Assembly (NCBI GenBank): GCA_002269645.1
Contig: NIVC01002898.1
Location: 62,001-126,000 of the forward strand
Direction: 5' to 3'
From: Macrostomum lignano
Taxonomy: Eukaryota
Length of the DNA stretch: 64,000 bases
The first letter of the stretch is position 1, and each line of letters starts with the position of its first letter. The notes beneath the pieces were generated by a model. That model did no database searches and was not told the origin of the DNA. It saw only the letters and a program-made list of their open reading frames with translations. Positions 1-12,400 of the stretch are shown piece by piece. A program made the translations under genes and the position numbers.

Positions 1-3000
1 TGAGCCAGTGGTCACTGCAGCCGTAGCGGCAGCATTTATCGGATCCTTGCAAAATAGAATTTCTTTTCTGGCATTCCAAATCCCAAATGGCTTTCATAAA
101 CGCACAGTTCCCCGTTGGAAAGCCGAATACAAAGTGCGGCGTCAGCGTTAGCTGACTCGCATGTACGCACCTGAAATGGTAAGAGTGAAGCGTCTGAAGT
201 AAATAACGATGCATAGTGTTATATTTTTAAATAATACCGAAACGAAACAATCTTCTCAGTTTTGAACATAAATGGAGACAGTACTCAAGGGCACAGTGGG
301 AGATATCCTGGAAGTGGTTGCCATGGAAGGGGGAGCGCTGCCTGGGAGGGGTAGAGTGGGAGAGGAGCCCGAGAGGGGTAGCCTGGCAAGAGTAGCCAGG
401 AAGGGTAGCCTGGGAGCGCTGTCTGGAAGAGGTTGAGTGGGAGATAAAGCCCGGAAGGGCTGCCTGGGAGGGGTAGAGTCCGGTTAGCCTGGAGGGGCTG
501 TCTGGGAGGGCTGTCTGGGAGGGCTGTCTGGGAGGGCTGTCTGGGAGGGCTGTCTGGGAGGGGTAGCCTGTGAGAGGTAGAGTGGCAGGGTGTGGAAAAT
601 GACAGCAGGGTATGGGGAAGGCCGGCAGGGTGTGGGGAAGGGTAGCAGGAAATAGGGAAGGCCAGCAGTAGGGAAGGCAGGCAGGGTGTGGGGAAGGACA
701 GCAGGGTGTGGGGAAGGGTAGCAGGGAGTAGAGAAGGTCAGCAGGATGTGGGGAAGCCGGCAGGGTGTGGGGAATGCCAGCAGGGAGTGAGGAAGGCCTG
801 CATTGATGGGGAAGGACAGCAGGGTGTGGGAAGGGTAGCAGGGAGTAGGGAAGGCCAGCAGGATGTGGGGAAGGACAGCAGGGTGTGGGGAAGGTTAGCA
901 GGGAGTAGGGAAGGCGAGCAGGATGTGGGGAAGGCCGGCAGGGTGTGGGGAAGGGTAGCAGGAAATAGGGAAGGCCGGCAGGATGTGGAGAAGCCGGCAG
1001 GATGTGGAGAAGTCGGCAGGGTGTGGGGAAGGGTAGCAGGGAGTAGGGAAGGCCAGCAGGAAGTGGGGAAGCCGGCAGGGTGTGGGGAAGGCCGGCAGGG
1101 TGTGGGGAAGGGTAGCAGGAAAAAGGGAAGGCCAGCAGTAGGGAAGGCTGACAGGGTGTGGGGAAGCCGGCAGGGTGTGGGGAAGGGTAGCAGGGAGTAG
1201 AGAAGGTCAGCAGGATGTGGGGAAGCCGGCAGGGTGTGGGGAAGGCCGGCAGGGTGTGGGGAATGCCAGCAGGGAGTGAGGAAGGCCTGCATTGATGGGG
1301 AAGGACAGCAGGGTGTGGGGAAGGGTAGCAGGAAATAGGGAAGGCCAGCAGTAGAGAAGGCTGGCAGGGTGTGGGGAAGGGTAGCAGGGAGTAGGGAAGT
1401 CCAGCAGGAAGTGGGGAAGCCGGCAGGGTGTGGGGAAGGGTAGCAGGGAGTAGGGAAGGCCAGCAGGAAGTGGGGAAGCCGGCAGGGTGTGGGGAAGGCC
1501 GGCAGGGTGTGGGGAAGGGTAGCAGGAAAAAGGGAAGGCCAGCAGTAGGGAAGGCTGACAGGGTGTGGGGAAGCCGGCAGGGTGTGGGAAGGCCGGCAGG
1601 GTGTGGGGAAGGGTAGCAGGAAATAGGGAAGGCCAGCAGTAGGGAAGGCAGGCAGGGTGTGGGAAGGACAGCAGGGTGTGGGGAATGCCAGCAGGGAGTG
1701 AGGAAGGCCTGCATTGATGGGGAAGGACAGCAGGGTGTGGGGAAGGGTAGCAGGGAGTAGGGAAGGCCAGCAGGATGTGGGGAAGGACAGCAGGGTGTGG
1801 GGAAGGGTAGCAGGGAGTAAGGAAAGCCAGCAGGGTGTGCGGAAGGCCGGCAGGGTGTGGGGAAGGGTAGCAAGGAGTAGGGAAGGCCAGCAGGATGTGG
1901 GGAAGCTGGCAGGGTGTGGGGAAGTCTAGCAGGATGTGAGGAAGCCAGCAGGGTGTGGGGAAAGCCAGCAAGGAGTAAGGAAGGCTGGCAGGGTGTGGGG
2001 AAGGACAGCAGGGTAGGGGAAAGACAGCAGGGTATGGGGAAGGACAGCAGGGTGTAGGGAAAGCCTGCATTGGTAGTGAAGACAAGCAGGGTGTGGGGAA
2101 GGACAGCAGGGTGTGGGGAAGGGTAGCAGGGAGTAGGGAAGGCCAGCAGGATGTGGGGAAGGCCGGCAGGGTGTGGGGAAGGGTAGCAAGGAGTAGGGAA
2201 GGCCAGCAGGATGTGGGGAAGGCCGGCAGGGTGTGGGGAATGCCAGCAGGGAGTGAGGAAGGCCTGCATTGATGGGGAAGGACAGCAGGGTGTGGGGAAG
2301 GGTAGCAGGGAGTAGGGAAGGCCAGCAGGATGTGGGGAAGGACAGCAGGGTGTGGGGAAGGGTAGCATGGAGTAGGGAAGGCGAGCAGGATGTGGGGAAG
2401 CTGGCAGGGTGTGGGGAAGCTGGCAGGGTGTGGGGAAATCTAGCAAGGAGTAAGGAAGGCTGGCAAGGGTGTGGGGAAGGACAGCAGGGTAGGGGAAAGA
2501 CAGCAGGGTATGGGGAAAGACAGTAGGGTGTGGGGAAGGCTAGCAGGATATGGGAAAAGCCAGCAAGGTATGGCCATGTGGGAAGGCCAACAATATACAA
2601 TGAAGGCCAAGCAGGATACATTGAAGAGCAGCAAGGTTTGTGAAAGACAGCAGGGTATGGAAAAGGCCCATAAAAGACAATGAAGGGCAGTAAGGTATGG
2701 GAAAGGCTTGTATTGATAAGAAAAGGTAGCAAGTGTTGTAGGAAGGCCATCAGGGTAAGATATGGTAAAGCAAGGGCAGTAGGGTGTAACCATGTAGGGA
2801 AGGCTAGCAGGTTATGGGGAAAGGGAAGGTTAAAAAAAATATAGAACCTCTAAATACTAAATACTAATTTCAGGCTCAACCTATAACATAAAATAGTAGA
2901 ATAGAACCCAATTTATCAATAAAATAAAAAATAAAAAATACATCCATTTATGGAATATATATAATAGGCTATTAGTATAGTATATTAGAACCCTAAATTA

Positions 3001-3629
3001 TGGTTGTTCAATATATCTATCAATATAGCTAGCTTTACTAAATAGTTTCTCTCCTAAACTCAGGATTCAGGGTTCAGAAAAAAGAATATTGAATATATAG
3101 CCCTAGGCCTAGCTTAGTCACACAGTTATTGCATTCAGTTACAAAATTGTGCATAGGCCTAGCTACAAACTGAAACTGAGCGCCATCCAAGTTCACTTAT
3201 TGAACTTTAAGTCGAGTCGTATTGTTCTCCTCCTGTTCTAATATTAATTCGCTGGGCCTATTAATATTGTGGAAATAATAAACAGCTAGTACTTAGTAGG
3301 CCTACATAAAATAATGTTAAATGTTAACACTTACACTTGTAAGTTGTAACTAAGTCATCCTGACCTAATATTTATCTAGCATTCTAGTGACACTAAAATA
3401 CTGTACTAGAGAATAGTAGCGTAGTAGGTTAGTAAAATCGCTAGGCCTACTTTGCATTAGTGAACTAAAAAATAAGCAAAAACGTCTGTTCAAATTTGTG
3501 CCATATTTGGCCCTTGTGCGCATAAAAAAGGCGGTCTATAGCATGCTACTGTATCATATAGCATGATACGGACTGCCTTATAGGCGGTTTTTGCCGTGTT
3601 CTATACCGCCTAACGTGTATATACGGGTG
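1..3629 (+). mobile_element. Right inverted arm (truncated by the window start) of a second copy of the giant foldback element
   Basis: Near-identical to 58295-61925 (offset 58294-58296), including the minisatellite variant pattern. Identity stops exactly after ...TATATACGGGTG (3629), the same terminus as the 50023-61925 element. Confidence 0.85.
560..2830 (+). repeat. G-rich composite minisatellite (AGGGTGTGGGGAAGGCCGGC / AGGGTAGCAGGGAGTAGGGAAGGCCAGC modules) inside the element arm
   Basis: Directly visible tandem modules, preceded by a 13-bp GGGAGGGCTGTCT array (~495-560). Explains the P/H/L-rich ORFs in the track. Confidence 0.95.
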
Positions 3630-4408
3630 CAGAATGGGATATATTAAAAAAGTCAAATTCAACCATTCTATTTCTATACTCTAACAGTCTAACAAGGCAT
3701 ATGGGAACTTGTTTTGCTTCAGGTGATATTGGTTTAAAATGGAATAATTTCCTGATTTGATTCTATATAATTTATTTTAGAAGCACATAGTTGATCATAT
3801 ATTTCAAAATAATATTCTAATTTAGTAGGGGCCTAGCCTAGCCCTAGTCTTTAGGTTCATAAACAATATTTATTTTGTTGCTTTATTTAATTGTTACTTG
3901 TATCTTTTAAATTAACCATATAAGGTAGATCTACAAACTATTTCTAGTAGGCCTAAACATTAAACAATATAATATAATTATCTCTGACATATGAGCTAAC
4001 TAAGGCAAAAGGGAGACAGAAGAGGGTTCAAAATTTTTGTTGTTTACATATGAGGTAGGGGAGGAGAAAGAAAATAAAAATTTGAAATGGGGTTGTTTGG
4101 GTTTTTTTCAAAACTAGTTAGCGTTGCATTCGCACGAATCAAGCCAAAAATTGCACAGACAAATCGCAACAAAATTCTTCTCCTGTTTTACTCCGACAGC
4201 CGGGGTCCTCAAGTTCTGGGGGGAGGGTAGTCGTAATCGTAGTGGAGCAGTCGTGTAGTGGCGAGGTCATTCAAATTGATGAAACACCGTAGTTGGAGAT
4301 TCCTGACTCATTAAAATAATGCGTCAAATAGCTGAGTTTGTTACTTTCAGTAGGGTAGTTGCTGCCACCACCATAATTTATGTATTACGGAATGGATAAG
4401 TCTCAGAG

Positions 4409-4984
4409 CCAGTGTGCGGATCATGTACCCGTGTACGCCGGAAAAAATTCGGGCGTCAAGGACTTTGTACGCCAGTGTACGCCAAAAACAAAAAGTTGCA
4501 CTCAAATGTACACTAAAAATTCCAAAAAAGGGTCATTCGGTTTTCACGAGTAGAGTTTTCTAGGAAAGGCTTTCGTATGAAAAGTGTCTTTAAAATATTA
4601 CGAATATTGTCAGTTTAAACAAACTTAAATAACACCTACAAAAAATATCATGCAAAGTTAATACTTTCAGCAAAATTTTACACTAGTTTAATTTTTTTTT
4701 AACTTAAAATAAGCAAAAAGTTTATCACTGACGATATAAATTTTCCTTTACTTTACGTAAAAACATTAATTTACATTACAATTTTCATGCACGGCATGAA
4801 TTGATTCACCAAAATTTGTACGCCAAAAAAGTATGCGTGGCTGTGTTACTTGTGTACGCCAATAGTGTACGCCAACAAAGTGCGCCAGGGGTTGTGTACG
4901 CCGATTGTGTACGCCAAGGACTGAGGGTGGCCGTTTTGTACGCCGGAAAAGTTCCGGCGTACATGCATACCATCCGCAACCTGG
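4409..4984. mobile_element. Non-autonomous DNA transposon (hAT/P-type MITE)
   Basis: Imperfect TIR CCAGTGTGCGGAT... / ...ATCCGCAACCTGG. Flanking duplication TCTCAGAG (4401-4408, 4985-4992). About ten subterminal TGTACGCC motifs. Confidence 0.85.
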
Positions 4985-6611
4985 TCTCAGAGCTATCTTT
5001 GTGATGAGAACTTGGTTATTTTATGCCCTATGGGCAAATGACTCAAGAAATACTATGGCTGAACGTTAACAAATGAAATTAATGGCTTATTTAATAATGC
5101 CAGTTATTATTTAGCTTGGTTGAAGATAAACAGCAGGCGAGCATGGGATAAAAGATAATATTATTATTGGTTCACAAGAGATGGATTCCCTTGCTGCTGT
5201 GCCAGTGCGCTAGGTCAAACTTAATAAATAGAATGGTTAATTAATGAAAACAACTATTAAATTGAAGGAGGCAGGGAATCAACAAAATAATAAGAACAAA
5301 TGGGTTGGATGAAAATAAAAGGAAAGGGAGAGGTGGTCGTGGTGGTGGAGAGTGGTTGAGGAAAACAGGGCACAAAAAAGCGGCATAAATAATCAAAAAG
5401 GGACACTGACAAACACTGGAAACAGATGTTGGGCAACAAAATTCACAGGATGGAATAGGCTAAAATATGTTGGGACACTGCACGGATAAACAAAATTCAA
5501 CTTAGGGAACAACAAAAAACAGTGAAAGGATGCAACCAGGCCATGGAAGGAATGGGGAGCTGGGCAAACGATGGACAAAAATTGGGGTGAAAAGACAGCG
5601 GATGGGACGGTATATTATAGTTTTGATTGCACTTTAAATTATTAAAAATTAGGTTCAATCAATTACTTATAGCATCCCACCTGCCACAACATAGTTAGAG
5701 CAAAAATTTTAGCAATGGTATATTAAATGGTACATTATTTTTAACAGAGTCCTCATTTCATGGAAATCAATGCACTGTTATTATTAGTCATATAATGCAT
5801 AGACTAGATGCTTAGATAGAACTTGGTTGGTTGGTCATCTAGCAATTAGGACTGGTTAACAAGGGTAATTACCTTTATTGGACTTAAAATAGTATCTACC
5901 TATAGAGTGGCTGCTTGAGCTAGGCCTAACAAAATAGATAGTAATCTAAGGTGCTATCAATAGGTCTAAGAATACCTATTAATTTAAGCAAGTTGAAAGC
6001 TTCAACATGATAGCTCTTCAAATAAGACCATATGCCTTAGTAGCCTTCAATCATTAGGGGTACCAACTAAACTGTGGAAACTGTATGCAGATAGGCCTAT
6101 AGAATGGATTACAATCATTTTGGTGACAAGACAATTCAGTGACAGTCGTTTTAGTGACAAGCAAAAGTTATTTCAATGACAAACAAAAGTCATTTTGGTG
6201 ACAGGGCTAATTGTTACGTTGGGTAGCAGATTTAGAAACATTTATTTAAAAATAAAACTTATAAGTTTTTTCCTTATTTGAGGCCTTACTAAAATGGTTT
6301 ATCAGTTTTGTATTTCATTTTGTTTTTTTACTCTAATGCAGTTTGGTCAATACTTTGTATATGATATACATACCACATATTATACCCCCTCTGCACCTTG
6401 GTTGGATAGTCATTACTAGAAAAGCATTAGACTGTCAACTGACACTTTGTCTCTGGGTCATACTGGTACACCCAGGTCTCATCCCGACTAACAATGTCAA
6501 AAACTTTCCTTGATGCTCTGCCAGCAAATTCTCTTAGCATTTTCTCGCACCAGTCCACCCTGACCCATCTCTGCTCCTGTGACAGCAAATGAGGCACCTA
6601 TTGAGTGCATA

Positions 6612-6900
6612 CATACATGCGCAACGTCCAAAATTCGGTCGGCCGTGCGACTTAGTTTTAACAAAAATGCGACGTAGTTTTTGGCCAAAAATGCGACTTA
6701 CATGTAAAAAAACCCTAAAGCAAAATTAACGCAACTTTGGGTAAACGGCGGGAGTAACTATGACTGTCTTATCAGGCAAAAATGCCTCGTCAGCTACTTA
6801 GTACTACTGCGTGGGTATTTTTTGGGTGGGCATTTTTTGCGACTTCCTTGGTTGGCTGCCAAATCAGTCGGCCGGATCGGCCGACTGTTGCGCATGTATG
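6612..6900. mobile_element. 289-bp P-superfamily-like MITE
   Basis: Perfect 14-bp TIR CATACATGCGCAAC (6612-6625 / 6887-6900). Perfect 8-bp TSD AGTGCATA (6604-6611, 6901-6908). Internal CAAAAATGC repeats and a 9-bp-stem hairpin at 6866-6886. Confidence 0.9.
6739..6802 (+). pseudogene. 28S rRNA fragment (helix 69-71 region) inside the MITE
   Basis: GGGTAAACGGCGGGAGTAACTATGACT is 27 nt identical to the conserved eukaryotic 28S sequence as I recall it. It is followed by gTCTTA-tcaggcaa-AAATGCCTCGTCAgCTAcTTAGT, versus 28S CTCTTA-AGGTAGCC-AAATGCCTCGTCATCTAATTAGT. Confidence 0.85.
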
Positions 6901-9448
6901 AGTGCATAGCTTCTGCATTGCAGACCCAGGTGTTCATATAGGATAAAGTGCACTTGCCCCGATCCAATGCCTAGTTGCAACTGTGACTTGTCATAGGTTA
7001 TGTGCCTATTCTGGTTTACCAGTTGCTCAGCTTCATTGATGCTATGCTGGGTTATAGCTGTTGAGGGCCAACCACTGCAACCTTCATCATTCAGGCAGGT
7101 GCACTGCAAATAAAACTCGCAATACCAGTTATACATAGTTGCTTGAGATGGAGACTCATTAGGGAAGGTGGTTGCAAGCCAAGAAAAACATTTTGCTAGC
7201 ATCAGGTTGCACTTGAAGTCATAGTATATCATTGCACAAAAATTGCGATTTTCAAGCTCCATGACTTTTAGCATAGGGTGCCTGCTTAATCAGACTTTAA
7301 CTCAGAGTTAGCTAAGTGAATGGCAACAAGACTTAACATGCAATAATGGCAAATAATTTAGTTAATAGGTGAATGCTGGCAAATAAAAAGTTTTACTTTT
7401 TCCTTTCCATTCTAAAGACTTTTGGAGTGACCCTCATATAAACCAAGAAACTAGTCAATCTAGACTTGAACTATCTAGTTGAACTATTTAGAATCCAAAC
7501 TTAAACTTTATACACTTGTGGTCTCTAGAAGTACATATGTATATTTCTTTTATATCTAGCAACAAAAATAACTTCAGACCTATTCAAATTTCTTGTTTTC
7601 TACTATGAGTAGAGTATCTCAAAGCAGCTTTACTTTTGATAACAGAGAAAATGATTTTCTATCATACCTAAAGGAAACAGTTGTAAAACTGCGGATGGCG
7701 TCTGGTATGCTTTTGAAATTATTCCTAAAGTTCAGTGCATGGATAGGTATGCAGCACTTGTGCGCACACTGCCCTGTCTTGCTGGCTGCTGCTCTAGCAA
7801 ATAAATATACATGTAAGATGGTCTAATACCTTTGTGGAAAAGTCTATACACTCGTAATTTCTCATATAATGCTTAGAATTTGGAATTTATAAGAAGTGAA
7901 TTTCAATTTAAAAAAAATTGGAAATCAAAATTTTGGAATTGTGTAAGAGTAACTAAAAATCAACTAATTTTTTCTTTATATGCATGTATTTGTTTTGCAT
8001 AAGTAGTAAATCAAGAGTAAAAAAGTGAGTTTTGGTCATATTAAACTTTGCTTTTCTGAATTTTGATTTTGGAAAATTTCAATTATGATTTTGAAAATTT
8101 AGTGAATTTTTATTTTGACAGAAAATGATTTCTAATAATCCTAAAGTGCAGTAAAATAATTTGACTTTCTAAAGCACGCATCTGCAGGTTTTTAGCACTT
8201 ATTCCAATATTTAAATGAGAACAATTTATTTGAAAATAGGGCCTAAACAGAAACAGAAATAAAGCAGAAAATAAATCCATGTTATAACAGAACTAAATCT
8301 GGAGATTTTCTGCATCTGTTATTTATATTCACATTGATTCCACAAAATAGTAATCGACATCTATATCCACATTTTAGTATACAAATCCATTATGCATCCA
8401 TTTCCGCAGTTTAGTTTCTACCAATCATTAGGTGCCATGGCTAATTATAGCACATTTTCAATAGTGCAAATAGCCTTTAAATAGTCACTATCAAATATTC
8501 TAAAATAGTTCCACAATCTAGACTTTGACTTATAAGGAACTGCATACCTTTTATTTTCTTTTTAAGACTTAGAATCTAAAGTAACTTCCCATGTTTTAAA
8601 AGCTACTAGAGTTAGATGCCATGTTGGTATTATTTTCTTATGATTTTGAGTTGCTTAGAATTAGACAAGAAATAAAGCAAGGGAATGTACCTGAAAAAAA
8701 GAATATAAATAAATAAAAAACAAGAAACAGCATGTTAGAATTCTGCAATCATTTTACTAAATAACCAAACTAAAACTTCATTTTTGTTTTTTCTAGTCAT
8801 GATCCTATTGGAATACAATTTCAAATCCTGCAGACATGGCACATGTTTATAAACATTATGCTTAGGTGTGGTAAATGTTATATATAAATATAACTAATTT
8901 TGCAGTAGTGCAACATGGCACCAAAATTCCACAACTTTGTGTCGCAGATAGTTGTACACTATGTGCAGTTATTCCAATAGAGGTCATGATAAGAAAAGAA
9001 CTAGAATAGTGTTTAAATATAATTTTTTAATGTTAAAATTTAAGAATAAAATCAATATCATACATGCAAGTTAGATAAAGCAATGCTAATATCAAATAGG
9101 TTATCCAAAAAAACAAAATGCAAAAGGGTCATTCCACGATAGGGTCCCATCATGTTTTTGAACTTTAAGCACTTGTTACTTTTGAATCATAATAGATAGA
9201 ACATAGCTGCTTATGAATTCTAAAACAACTGAACACATAGCAGAGCATAAACTATGCTGATGGTCGTTTGGTAACTTTTTACGTTAGTAATGGCACACTG
9301 CCACACATAACATTAAGAAACATCATCACAATGTTATGATTCAGAAGAGTTGGCATAACATTTTCAGTGCAAAACTCTCACCCAAACTGATTAAGTGAAA
9401 GAAATCATCAGTTTTTATCTAGCCCCAGGGTAAGCAATCAAAGTAGCT

Positions 9449-12400
9449 ATGCGTCGAACTCGCTGTTCAGTGCGTTTCTGCGAAGAGCGAGCCAACTGTG
9501 ACACTGACCAAGCCATCGCTAGCGTGCGCTGCGACCAGTGCGGCTCCGACCAATGCGTCAGATGTGACGAGGCCATACACAGCGCAACCAGGTTGTCCCA
9601 ACACGATCGGGTAGCCATACCCGAACCAGACAGCGCCGAATTGTGCCAACACGTTGGCTGCCGACGTGCTGTTAACTATGCCGACGTGTACTGTACTATT
9701 TGTCAGAGAAATTTCTGCTACGATTGCGACGCTAAAGAGCACAAGCAGGCTGGCCGGTCGCATTCTAGGAAATCGTTTGCTCAGCGCCGTGCCGATTTAG
9801 CCCTGCTAGAGACCGACAATATTGGCGTTGTTGCTGCGCCTACTGCTACTAATAGTAATAGGTTCAGTAGCAACAGTCCGCCGAGTAGACTGGGCACCGA
9901 GCCAGAGCCAGATGATGACGAATTTAGTGACGCTGGGGAAATGAATTCAACTAATGCTGATGGTGTCGATAAATTCTATAGTTTGTCAGCCCCTGTTGCT
10001 GGGACTATTATTACTGATCAGCCTGCTAGGTAAGGCTTGCACCGTTTTCCTATGGGCCTGCATTTATGTCTTCCGGAATTGCCCTGCCTCTCCCTTCAGA
10101 TTCCAAAAATCACCCCATCACATCCCCAGAATCACCCCCTCACATCCCCAGAACCACCCCTCAGATACCCAGATTCGCCACCCCTCACATCCCCAGAACC
10201 ACCCCTCAGATACCCAGAATCGACACCCCCAGATCCCCAGATTCGCCACCCCTCACATCCCCAGAATCACCCCTCAGATCCCCAGAATCCCGCTCTGAGA
10301 TCCCCAGAATCCCGCTCTGAGATCCCCAGAATCCCGCTCTGAGATCCAAAGAATGGCCCCATAAATCTCCAGAATCGCCCCATTAAATCCCCAGCATTGC
10401 CCCATCAAATCTCCAAAATTGCCCTATCAAATCCCCAGAATCGCCCCATCAAATCATTAGAATCCCTTTCTCGCTTCACAAGAACCCCCGAGCTCTAGAT
10501 AATATTTTTTAAAGAAATTAAACCTCTTCAAAATTTTGAACGCAACGCAGAACGTCTTGGTCGCGCCAGTCGCCGCCCCAACACGACACCACCCCGTCGC
10601 CGCCGCCGCTCCCGGCTCCGATCGCCGCTCGACTGATCGACTCTCGCGAGCGCCTCCTAGTTGATAGCGGCGCCAAGCTGTGCGACCTGCTCGACTGTCC
10701 CGAGGTCAATTTCCGACGCTTGCCTGTCGTGTCAATTGTTGGCAAAACTGGAGACGGCAAATCGCACACGCTTAACTTTGCCTTCTTCAACGGGTCCAGC
10801 GTGTTTCACACATCGGACGATCCGCTGTCCTGCACTGTGGGCGTCTGGGCCGCGCTGGGACGGAATAGGCAGTGTCTACTGTTGGATACAGAGGGCCTGC
10901 AGGGTGCCGCTACCTCCGTGGCTTGCAGGTGAATTGTTGGATTCAATGTACATTAATGACTAGAATGGGTCACCCTCCTAGAGTCCCAGATGCTCAGTTG
11001 CTGGGCCAGCCTCCCAGATTCTCAGTTGCTGGGCCAGCCTCCCAGATTCTCAGTTGCTGGGCCAGCCTCCAAGATTCTCAGTTGCTGGGCCAGTCTCCCA
11101 CAGTGTCAGTTGCTGGGCCAGCCTCCCAGATTCTCAGTTGGTGGGCCAGCCTCCCAGATTCTCAGTTGCTGGGCCAGCCTCCCAGATTCTCAGTTGCTGG
11201 GCCAGCCTCCCAGATCCTCAGTTGCTGGGCCAGCCTCCCAGATCCTCAGTTGCTGGGCCAGCCTCCAAGATTCTCAGTTGCTGGGCCAGTCTCCCACAGT
11301 GTCAGTTGCTGGGCCAGCCTCCCAGATTCTCAGTTGGTGGGCCAGCCTCCCAGATGCTCAGTTGCTGGGCCAGCCTCCCAGATTCTCAGTTGCTGGGCCA
11401 GCCTCCCAGATGCTCAGTTGCTGGGCCAGCCTCCCAGATTCTCAGTTGCTGGGCCAGCCTCCCAGATTCTCAGTTGCTGGGCCAGTCTCCCACAGTGTCA
11501 GTTGCTGGGCCAGCCTCCCAGATTCTCAGTTGGTGGGCCAGCCTCCCAGATCCTCAGTTGCTGGGCCAGCCTCACAGATCCTCAGTTGCTGGGCCAGCCT
11601 CCCAGATCCTCAGTTGCTGGGCCAGCCTCCCAGATCCTCAGTTGCTTGGTCATTCACCTCTCTCCATCCCTAACAAAAATCCCGCAGACAAGTGTCGCTG
11701 CTCCTAAAGGTGCTGGCCATCAGCGACATAGTGATCTACCGGGCCCGCTGCGAGCGCCTTCAAGACGACGCTTTCGCCTTTCTAAGCGATGCCAGCCGCG
11801 CATTTGTCGACGTTCTTCGCCCGGCGTTGATAGAAAAATCTGGCAATCGTTCCGGCGCCTACGACGACTGCGAGGCCGAAGGAGAAGAAGTTGACGAAGA
11901 GGACACCCGACCGGCCTTGCTGGTGTTTCACGAGACTCGGCACACTCGCACACTTGGCGCTGACCGCGGCGACGGCAAGGAAGACGAGGATGACAGCGGC
12001 GGAGAGGCTTTTCGGTGAGGCTTCAATAAAGTTTAGAATGCTCTAAACTTGTTAATAATTGTTAATAATCCCCAAATTTCGTTTTGGTTAATGGTTAGGA
12101 GTCAGGACGTAATCTAAGGATAATTCCTAACCTGGAGATGATCTCCAACCTAGAGATAATCCCAATCTACAGATAATACCAACCTAGAGATAATACCAAC
12201 CTATAGATAATCCCTAACCTAGAGATAATCCCTAACCTAGAGATAATCCCAACCTAGAGATAATCCCAACCTAGAGATAATCCCAACCTAGAGATAATCC
12301 CAACCTAGAGATAATCCCAACCTAGCGATAATCATAACCTAGAGATAATCCCTAACCTAGAGATAATCCCAACCTAGAGATAATCATAACCTAGAGATAA

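Larger units (their letters stand above)
6380..7274 (-). pseudogene. Decayed mariner (Tc1/mariner) transposase, interrupted by a MITE
   Basis: HTH region (AMIYYDFK...PSQATMYNWY.EF...LNDEGCSGWPST...RHITY...LGI...ILYEHLGL). After the 6612-6900 insertion it continues *VPHLLSQEQRWVRVDWCEKML...IVSRDETWVYQYDPETK, matching the WVPHxL and TGDETW motifs. Confidence 0.9.

Noticed and set aside
227-2793. Long Pro/His/Leu-rich ORFs (also 50859-53211 and 58778-61089)
   Set aside because: Stop-free translations of the G/C-rich minisatellite, open in several frames on both strands; no protein domain.
1-3629. Segmental duplication of 58295-61925
   Set aside because: Similarity stops exactly at the element terminus, so it is an element copy (an assembly artefact is not fully excluded).
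10872-11894. 340-aa and overlapping ORFs (also 33282-34504, 13169-14002, 45447-46016, 31330-31686)
   Set aside because: Translations of intronic minisatellites.
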